Shown here: in pieces, positions 63,467 to 64,000 of the stretch | Numbering within the stretch: position 1 is the first letter of the stretch | Layout: the number at the start of each line of letters is the position of its first letter | Origin: an uncultured SAR86 cluster bacterium | Lineage (GTDB): Bacteria > Pseudomonadota > Gammaproteobacteria > Magnimaribacterales > AG-339-G14 | Direction: 5' to 3' | Length of the DNA stretch: 64,000 nt | Assembly (NCBI GenBank): GCA_902616715.1 | Contig: CACMTR010000004.1 | Location: forward strand, 28 to 64,027 | Made by a program: the position numbers and the translations under genes | The notes under the pieces: generated by a model | The model's database searches: none | What the model was told of the DNA's origin: nothing | The model's input: only the letters and a program-made list of their open reading frames with translations

Positions 63467-64000
63467 TTACTTTGTTAAAGTCCCAACTATATGAGCTAGA
63501 ATTTTATATGGGTCAGCATTTGAAGCAGGTCTTCTGTCTTCTAAATAACCATTCCAATCATGTTCTACGGTATAAACCGGAATTCTTATACTAGCTCCTC
63601 TATCACTGACTCCATAAGAGAATTCAGTAATTTTTTGAGTTTCATGAAGACCTGTTAACCTCATATCATTATCAGAACCGTAAGAGGCTATTCCATCAGC
63701 GTGGACTTTACCTAATTTTTCGCACATTGATTCAAATAGTTCTTTCGAACCCTTAGTTCTCATTTCTTCGTTTGAAAAATTAGAGTGCATTCCAGATCCA
63801 TTCCAATCACCTGTTTTTGGTTTAGGATGAATATTTACGCCAACGCCAAATTCTTCAGCAATCTTAAAAAGTAAATATCTACTAACCCACAAATCATCTG
63901 CAGCTTTTATACCTTTTCCAAAGCATTGATATTCCCATTGACCTAAAGCTACCTCTGCATTTGTTCCAGTTAAAGTAATTCCGAGATCTAAGCAAGCTTC
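63467..64000 (-). CDS. glnII: glutamine synthetase type II (eukaryote-like GSII), C-terminal part; 5' end beyond window
   Basis: Frame open to base 64000 (…GTNAEVALGQWEYQCFGKG…). WNGSGMHSNFS, RLTGLHET, GVSDRGASIRIP, YLEDRRPASNADPY match GSII (compare human GLUL WNGAGCHTNFS / RLTGFHET / FEDRRPSANCDP), not GSI. Confidence 0.9.
   Translation of the reverse strand, partial: EACLDLGITLTGTNAEVALGQWEYQCFGKGIKAADDLWVSRYLLFKIAEEFGVGVNIHPKPKTGDWNGSGMHSNFSNEEMRTKGSKELFESMCEKLGKVHADGIASYGSDNDMRLTGLHETQKITEFSYGVSDRGASIRIPVYTVEHDWNGYLEDRRPASNADPYKILAHIVGTLTK

Noticed and set aside
1-64000. CRISPR arrays, transposases/IS elements, integrases, restriction-modification, toxin-antitoxin or other known defence modules.
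   Set aside because: No repeat-spacer periodicity was seen, and no ORF has recombinase, nuclease-methylase or toxin signatures. Every ORF above about 100 aa is accounted for by metabolic, housekeeping or transport families.

Overview
AT-rich (by eye about one-third G+C, not computed), very gene-dense chromosomal segment. Spacers are mostly under 100 bp, there are many 1-40 nt overlaps, and several convergent genes overlap or abut at their 3' ends. Core synteny looks gammaproteobacterial: yggS-proC-yggT-metXW-rdgB, rpoH-thiSG-trmB, argS-efp, folA-thyA-lgt, mutY-yggX, hisBHAF, ntrBC. The compaction suggests a streamlined marine lineage, which is inference only. I found no CRISPR, transposase, integrase or recognisable defence genes. 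Accessory patches stand out against the housekeeping background. (1) 49.3-51.2 kb: a 1.9-kb integrase-less islet bounded by tRNA-Phe and a 49-nt duplicate of its 3' portion. It carries a CsoR-controlled cassette of a beta-barrel-like protein, an exported HMA protein and a MerT-like CC membrane protein, with a CsoR-type operator over the first start codon and no efflux pump. This is my best candidate for an undescribed metal-handling system. (2) 0.5-7.2 kb: a TRAP transporter bracketing an ACAD + APH-kinase + small-protein triad (LvaCAB/ACAD10-11-like 4-hydroxyacyl-CoA module) and an M19 dipeptidase lipoprotein. (3) 19.1-24.3 kb: a six-gene TonB2-type cluster (TtpB/TtpC/ExbB/ExbD/TonB/TtpD-like). 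(4) 37.6-45.5 kb: two TonB-dependent receptors flanking a wHTH regulator, a C-terminally anchored sulfatase and a DedA protein. (5) 51.3-55.7 kb: a Gfo/Idh/MocA-AKR fusion protein next to a cytosolic GH3-PA14 beta-glucosidase. (6) 62.2-64.0 kb: ntrBC sits next to a eukaryote-like type II glutamine synthetase, not GSI. Several track start codons are revised: zapE, rppH, hisA, one GST, one TBDR and DUF1330.
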